Shown here piece by piece: positions 58,732-64,000 of a stretch of 64,000 bases of DNA. Source of the DNA: Prevotella sp. Lineage in GTDB: Bacteria > Bacteroidota > Bacteroidia > Bacteroidales > Dysgonomonadaceae. Numbering within the stretch: position 1 is the first letter of the stretch; every line of letters starts with the position of its first letter. A program made the translations under genes and the position numbers. The notes beneath the pieces are model-generated. The model was not told the DNA's origin, did not search any database, and worked only from the letters and a program-made list of their open reading frames with translations. The stretch lies in the NCBI GenBank assembly GCA_031285625.1, contig JAITVV010000095.1, forward strand, positions 64,001 to 128,000, given 5' to 3'.

Positions 58732-59850
58732 ATGAAGAATAAAATAAAGTTGTTATATATAACGCAATCTTTCGGTGGAGTAGAAATTTACATTCGTCAA
58801 ATTATAGAATATATTGATTATACGAAATTTGAACTAACAATTATTGCCCCCCCTAATAGAACCTTTTCTGAATACTGTAAAGAAAAAGGTATAGAGTATT
58901 TAGCCATACATATGGTTAGAGGCCTAAACGTATGGTTAGATATAAAATCTTTTTTTCAAATAAGAAGGATTATAAAACGCTTAGGACCGGATATAATCCA
59001 TCTACACAGTTCCAAAGCCGGAGTTATTGGAAGAATTGCATCTAAACAATTGAAAAAGAAAAGTATTTTCACACCACATGGAATCTCCTATATGTCTTTC
59101 AGTGGATTAAAAAGAGCTATTTTTCTAATGGTTGAAGCCTTCACTAAGAAATATACCTACAAAGTGCTTGGTTGTTCTTACTCAGAGGCAATAAAAATGA
59201 GATTTGAAGTTGGCATTCCTAGTTTTAAAATCGATGCTATACCAAATGCTATATTGATAAATAGTGCAATAGATAAAACATTCAATAAACACGCAGATAT
59301 AATAAGGATTGGCTCTATAGCACGCCTTACTTATCAAAAAAACCCCCTATTACTTGTTCAGATAGCAGAACGTATAATAAAGCTATATCCAAATGTCCGC
59401 TTCTCGATATTGGGTTCTGGGCTTGAAGATCATTTAAAAAATGAAACTTTTGATCTTATCGAACAATATGGACTATCTAGTAAATTTGAGATTTTACCAT
59501 GGGGCGATAGGGAGACTTCTTTACAATATTTGAAATCTCTCAATATCTTTATTCTAACCTCAATCTTCGAAGGACTTCCATTATCTCTTCTGGAGGCAAT
59601 GTCTTTAGGTACTCCATGTATAACAAGTAAAAGTGATGGTTGCAATGATGTTATACAAAATAATGAAAATGGATTCTCCTGCATAATTATAGAAGAATAT
59701 GTGAATGCTATATCAAGACTTATTGAGGACGAAATCCTACAAAAAAGGATAGGAGAAAACGCTCATAACTTTGTAAAAGAACACCATAATATAGAATCTT
59801 ATATAAGAAAAATAGAATCATATTATGAGAGGATTTATTCAGACTCATAA
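58732..59850 (+). CDS. Glycosyltransferase family 4
   Basis: HLHSSKAG, TPHG, RL..QKNP, EGLPLSLLEAM. Confidence 0.92.
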   Translation: MKNKIKLLYITQSFGGVEIYIRQIIEYIDYTKFELTIIAPPNRTFSEYCKEKGIEYLAIHMVRGLNVWLDIKSFFQIRRIIKRLGPDIIHLHSSKAGVIGRIASKQLKKKSIFTPHGISYMSFSGLKRAIFLMVEAFTKKYTYKVLGCSYSEAIKMRFEVGIPSFKIDAIPNAILINSAIDKTFNKHADIIRIGSIARLTYQKNPLLLVQIAERIIKLYPNVRFSILGSGLEDHLKNETFDLIEQYGLSSKFEILPWGDRETSLQYLKSLNIFILTSIFEGLPLSLLEAMSLGTPCITSKSDGCNDVIQNNENGFSCIIIEEYVNAISRLIEDEILQKRIGENAHNFVKEHHNIESYIRKIESYYERIYSDS

Positions 59851-59947
59851 TAACTAAAATATAAAAATTAATATTCAACACATTATTGTATTTATAACAA
59901 ATCCATACCTCATTTAATATACAAACATCTATAATTTAATTCTAACA

Positions 59948-60937
59948 ATGGAAAAACAAAGAGATCTTTCTCTCGATTTTACAAGGGGCATAGGCATCCT
60001 ATTCGTTATTCTTTCACATAATTTACCCAATTATTATATTCTTAGTGCCTTTTGGAATAGACAAGCTGTACCTTTACTAGCGATAATTACGGCAGGATTT
60101 ACTTATGCAGCATTTCAAAGAGGAAGAACTTTAGAGCAATATTATTCAAAAAAAACCATTATAAAAAAATTTAAAAAAATATTTGCTCCATTTCTAATAG
60201 TGATTTTAATACAATGCACTATTACCTATTTTCTAGATCCCGGTTTTGATATAAAAGATGTTATCCGTTTAGGAGGGATGGGACCTGGTTCTTATTTTCC
60301 ATGGTGCTATTTGCAGTATTGGCTATATCTACCACTTATTATTTGGCTAGTAGACACTTTATCTATAAAAAAATCATTTATAATAATATTGTCTATCTGT
60401 ATTTGTTATGAAATTCTATGTTGTATAATTAATATAGACCCTTTAATTTATAGGTTATTATCATTCCGCTATTTAGTAATACTTTACTTAGGATGCATAG
60501 TTAGAAAACTCAATTTAAAAATAAATCCCATCATAATGATATTGGCACTTGCTGGATTTATTTATTTATTTTTAGTTTCTTATGCAAACTTGAACACAGA
60601 GCCATTTTTATTAAATGTATGGGAAACACATCATTGGCCTAGTGCCTTCTATGCTCTATTCTTATTTCTCTTCATTTCTACAATTCTTTATAAAAAAGTA
60701 AATCACCTCAAAATATCTGATTTTATAACTAAAATAGGTAGTTATTCATACGAAATATTTATCTGTCAAATGTTTATATTCACTTTTCTCGGGTGGGACA
60801 GGTTAAATAAGGGATTGGCATTCATAGATAATCTTTATGTAAGATACACAATATTTGTTATTGTAACAACATGTTTTAGCATAGCTCCTATATATATATA
60901 TAAAACTCGTATTAAAAATATTATTTTTAGAAAATAA
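59948..60937 (+). CDS. Acyltransferase family 3 (OafA-like) membrane protein
   Basis: R..LD..RG..IL.V...H, AVP, G.YSY.I; multiple TM helices. Confidence 0.8.
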   Translation: MEKQRDLSLDFTRGIGILFVILSHNLPNYYILSAFWNRQAVPLLAIITAGFTYAAFQRGRTLEQYYSKKTIIKKFKKIFAPFLIVILIQCTITYFLDPGFDIKDVIRLGGMGPGSYFPWCYLQYWLYLPLIIWLVDTLSIKKSFIIILSICICYEILCCIINIDPLIYRLLSFRYLVILYLGCIVRKLNLKINPIIMILALAGFIYLFLVSYANLNTEPFLLNVWETHHWPSAFYALFLFLFISTILYKKVNHLKISDFITKIGSYSYEIFICQMFIFTFLGWDRLNKGLAFIDNLYVRYTIFVIVTTCFSIAPIYIYKTRIKNIIFRK

Positions 60938-60977
60938 ATAGAATATATTTGTTTCCAATTTTTAAAACAAGCTATCT

Positions 60978-61889
60978 ATGGATAAGATATTTATTTTATT
61001 ACTAATTATTTTAATATGCACATCTTGCTCAAATGATGAGATCGACCATATAGAGTTAACAGCTCCAATAAACGTTACACTGCCTAAGAATCCTAAAACA
61101 CTTAATATTCTGGCTATAGGAAATAGTTTTACTGAAGATGCAACAACTCTTTTACCCTCTATCTTAGAAGATTTAGATATAAAGAATGTAACACTAGGAA
61201 GACTCACATATAATAGTGGATCCCTTGAAAACCATTACATGTTCTATAATAACAAATCCAATGTATATCAATTTTCAATAACAGAAAACAATATTTGGAA
61301 TGATATATCAAATACCTATTCAATTAATGAAGCAATAAAATATACAGATTGGGATATCATTGTTATTCAACAAGCGTCATATAAAGCCGGAATATATAAT
61401 AGTTTCCAACCATATCTTAATGGACTACTAAATAATATATACAGAGACTGCCACAATAAAAATGTAGTTTTCGGATGGCACTTAACATGGTCATATTCAG
61501 CTGATTGCAACCGACCCCAATTTTCAGATTACAACTACAGCCAAGAGAGGATGTATAATGCTATTATTGAAACAACTACATCCATGATAAAAGATACTGG
61601 TATTGCATTAATAATCCCATCGGGAATTACAATTCAAAATTTGCGGAACACCTCTTTAAACAATCCGCCTAAAGACATAACAAGAGATGGATTCCACATT
61701 GATTTAGGTATCGGTCGCTATGCCCTTGCATATACTTGGTTTCAATCTATAATAACTCCATGTTTTAATAGACAGATACAAGAAAGTTCATATATTCCAC
61801 CTTTTACAGAGGGTATTAAAGTTAATAAAGATAACCTTCAAATCGTATTGGATGTTGTACAAAAATCTTGTAAAGATCCACTTAAATAA
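60978..61889 (+). CDS. SGNH-fold lipoprotein (DUF4886-like)
   Basis: Lipobox CTSC; ILAIGNSFT, WDIIVIQQAS, TWSY, RDGFH. Confidence 0.8.
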   Translation: MDKIFILLLIILICTSCSNDEIDHIELTAPINVTLPKNPKTLNILAIGNSFTEDATTLLPSILEDLDIKNVTLGRLTYNSGSLENHYMFYNNKSNVYQFSITENNIWNDISNTYSINEAIKYTDWDIIVIQQASYKAGIYNSFQPYLNGLLNNIYRDCHNKNVVFGWHLTWSYSADCNRPQFSDYNYSQERMYNAIIETTTSMIKDTGIALIIPSGITIQNLRNTSLNNPPKDITRDGFHIDLGIGRYALAYTWFQSIITPCFNRQIQESSYIPPFTEGIKVNKDNLQIVLDVVQKSCKDPLK

Positions 61890-61894
61890 ACCTT

Positions 61895-62371
61895 ATGTCC
61901 CACCCCCTTCACATATCCGCTACCTCCAAAGAAGAAAAATATCTTTTCCTCCTACCCCAGCTAAAAGGCTTACTAGAAGGAGAAACTGATACTATTGCCA
62001 ATATGGCAAATATATCGGCTGCCCTAAAGATAACTTTCGGTTTCTTTTGGGTAGGATTCTATATAGTAAAACGGGAAGAACTTGTCCTTGGCCCTTTTCA
62101 GGGAACCATAGCCTGTACACGCATCAAATACGGAAAAGGCGTTTGTGGTACTGCCTGGAAAGAAAAACGAACAGTTATTGTAGAAGACGTGAATCAGTTT
62201 CCCGGACACATAGCATGCGATGCAGCATCACAGTCTGAGATTGTAATTCCCATGTTCAGCCACGATGAGGTAATTGCTGTTTTAGATATAGATAGTGACC
62301 ATCTCAATCACTTTGATGAAACAGATGCCCGCTACCTCCAGCAAATTGTGAAGCTATTAGAACGGGAATAA
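61895..62371 (+). CDS. msrC: GAF-domain free methionine-R-sulfoxide reductase
   Basis: WVGFY, LGPFQG..AC, GVCG, HIACD..S.SE, VLDIDS. Confidence 0.9.
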   Translation: MSHPLHISATSKEEKYLFLLPQLKGLLEGETDTIANMANISAALKITFGFFWVGFYIVKREELVLGPFQGTIACTRIKYGKGVCGTAWKEKRTVIVEDVNQFPGHIACDAASQSEIVIPMFSHDEVIAVLDIDSDHLNHFDETDARYLQQIVKLLERE

Positions 62372-64000
62372 CAGAGGCAGTGCTAATATCATTATTACTC
62401 CCATTATTAATTGTAAAGGTAAACCCACCTTTATATAATCCATAAATGTATAGCGTCCGGCAGTCATTACCAAAGCATTTGGTGGTGTAGAAAACGGCGA
62501 GGCAAAACACATACTTGCAGCAACAGCTACGGCAAACAAGAACGGATAAGGACTTACTCCCATTCCTATGGCAGCTTTTAAAGCAATAGGTGCAAATAAG
62601 ACAGCTGTAGCCGTATTACTGATAAACATGGTAAGTAAAGAAGTACAGAAATAGATGCCCGCTAACAATACATAAGGGGCCATATCACCAAACCTGTCTC
62701 CTCCAAGATTATCCACCAATCCCCCTGAGATCAATGTATCTACTCCTGTATTCTGGAATGCTGTAGCCATCGGTAGCATAGCCCCAATAAGCACAACACT
62801 CTCCCAGTTGATACTCGTATAAGCTTCTTCCACATTACGCAGACATCCGGTTATAACCATCAACACAGCGGCCACCATAATAGCAATAACAGAAGGCACA
62901 ATTTCAAAAACCATTGCAACTACCATCAATATCATAATTCCGGCGGCAATAGGCGCCTTCTGATCCAGTGTTACTTTTGCAGCCTCTTTCAAGGGCTGGC
63001 CAACAAGTACCAGATCATCCTGACGGTTATCCAGATTAGCCAGGTCTTTCCACGTACCCTGTATCAATAAGGCATCTCCGGAATGTAGCTTTGCATCCTT
63101 AATATCATGCATCCTATATTCATTCTGACGCTGAATACCTAACACATTTACATTAAATTCTTCTCTGAACCCAATATCTGAAATAGTACGGTTTATCAAT
63201 CTGGAATTAGGCATGATAAAAACTTCTGCAATACCCGACTCCTGAAAACCGGCAAATGGAGTCTCTCCATTATTTTCCTTTTCAAAATACAGGTTACTCT
63301 CAGATACAAATCTCTCAATATTCTCTATACTGCCATGACAATATAAAATATCCTCTTTCTGTATTATTGACTTTGGACCTGCAACTTCTTCTGTTATATT
63401 TTTTCTGAATCTGGAATTACCTGTCTTACGAATGATCTTACTGATACTCACATCATAGAGAGAAGCAATTTTAAGTTCGGCCAGAGTTTTATTCAATAAA
63501 GGAGAGTCATATCTAACTTCTACCCGGAATGACTGATGTTGCAGTTGATACTCCTGAGCAAGCTCTACCAAGGATTTACCTTTCTGCTTGTTGCTTGCAG
63601 AAGAATCATTTTTTGAAATAAGGAGTTTACTTAAAAAGAAAAGAACAACAATACCAACACTCAGTGCAATAAAACCAATAGGAGCAAAAGAAAAGAAAGA
63701 CAATGCTTCATATCCGGCCTCCACCAGTGTATTCTGAATAACAAGATTGGGAGGCGTACTGATCAAAGTAAACATTCCCATACTACTTGCAAATGCCAAC
63801 GGCATAAGATAACGGCGCGAGCTTATATTCGCACTGGCAGCCATACTCACAATAATAGGCATCATCACTGCTACCGTACCAGTATTGCTCACAAATGCAC
63901 CAATAGAGGCTGTAACAAGCATTACCAGTATAAATAATTTATTCTCATTGCTACCTGCCGTTTGCAGGATTTTACTACTTATCATTTTGGCCAGTCCCGT
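62357..64000 (-). CDS. SLC13/DASS family permease with two TrkA-C domains (5' end outside the window)
   Basis: SNTGTVA, STPPNL, SNTATA, PFSTPPN motifs; frame open to the window edge (TGLAKMIS...). Confidence 0.9.
   Translation of the reverse strand, partial: TGLAKMISSKILQTAGSNENKLFILVMLVTASIGAFVSNTGTVAVMMPIIVSMAASANISSRRYLMPLAFASSMGMFTLISTPPNLVIQNTLVEAGYEALSFFSFAPIGFIALSVGIVVLFFLSKLLISKNDSSASNKQKGKSLVELAQEYQLQHQSFRVEVRYDSPLLNKTLAELKIASLYDVSISKIIRKTGNSRFRKNITEEVAGPKSIIQKEDILYCHGSIENIERFVSESNLYFEKENNGETPFAGFQESGIAEVFIMPNSRLINRTISDIGFREEFNVNVLGIQRQNEYRMHDIKDAKLHSGDALLIQGTWKDLANLDNRQDDLVLVGQPLKEAAKVTLDQKAPIAAGIMILMVVAMVFEIVPSVIAIMVAAVLMVITGCLRNVEEAYTSINWESVVLIGAMLPMATAFQNTGVDTLISGGLVDNLGGDRFGDMAPYVLLAGIYFCTSLLTMFISNTATAVLFAPIALKAAIGMGVSPYPFLFAVAVAASMCFASPFSTPPNALVMTAGRYTFMDYIKVGLPLQLIMGVIMILALPLLFPF

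Noticed and set aside
53793-60155. A8/T8 homopolymers in wzx, wzy, GT4 and acyltransferase as phase-variation tracts
   Set aside because: Runs of 8 are expected in such AT-rich DNA and all frames are intact
534-62510. Numerous 60-140 aa antisense or nested ORFs in the track
   Set aside because: They overlap well-supported genes and show no motifs; treated as shadow ORFs

Overview
Bacteroidota (Bacteroidales; gene content and order suggest Dysgonomonas-like, which is an inference) chromosomal window. 1-38 kb is mostly housekeeping: cls (partial), rsgA, frr, pyrH, coaD, recQ, tig-clpP-clpX, gnd-zwf-pgl, rpsF-rpsR-rplI, pepD, two ompH/skp paralogs, aroE, upp and gmhA. Small accessory items are interspersed: a secreted protein made of five 23-aa WYIDQI repeats, a possible sRNA, a cystatin-motif gene beside a frameshifted AraC gene, and a family of GTAAC...GTTAC palindromes that bracket single genes like cassettes. 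38.2-61.9 kb is an AT-rich, co-oriented Wzx/Wzy polysaccharide locus (SLBB exporter, wzz, a legionaminic-acid-type pathway with extra oxidoreductases, glycosyltransferases, acyltransferase). Its most unusual member is a GH33 sialidase-like lipoprotein with the catalytic residues apparently intact, placed between the nonulosonate synthesis genes and the likely nonulosonate transferase. No rRNA, tRNA, CRISPR array, transposase or integrase was seen. All calls come from reading motifs by eye; no searches were run.
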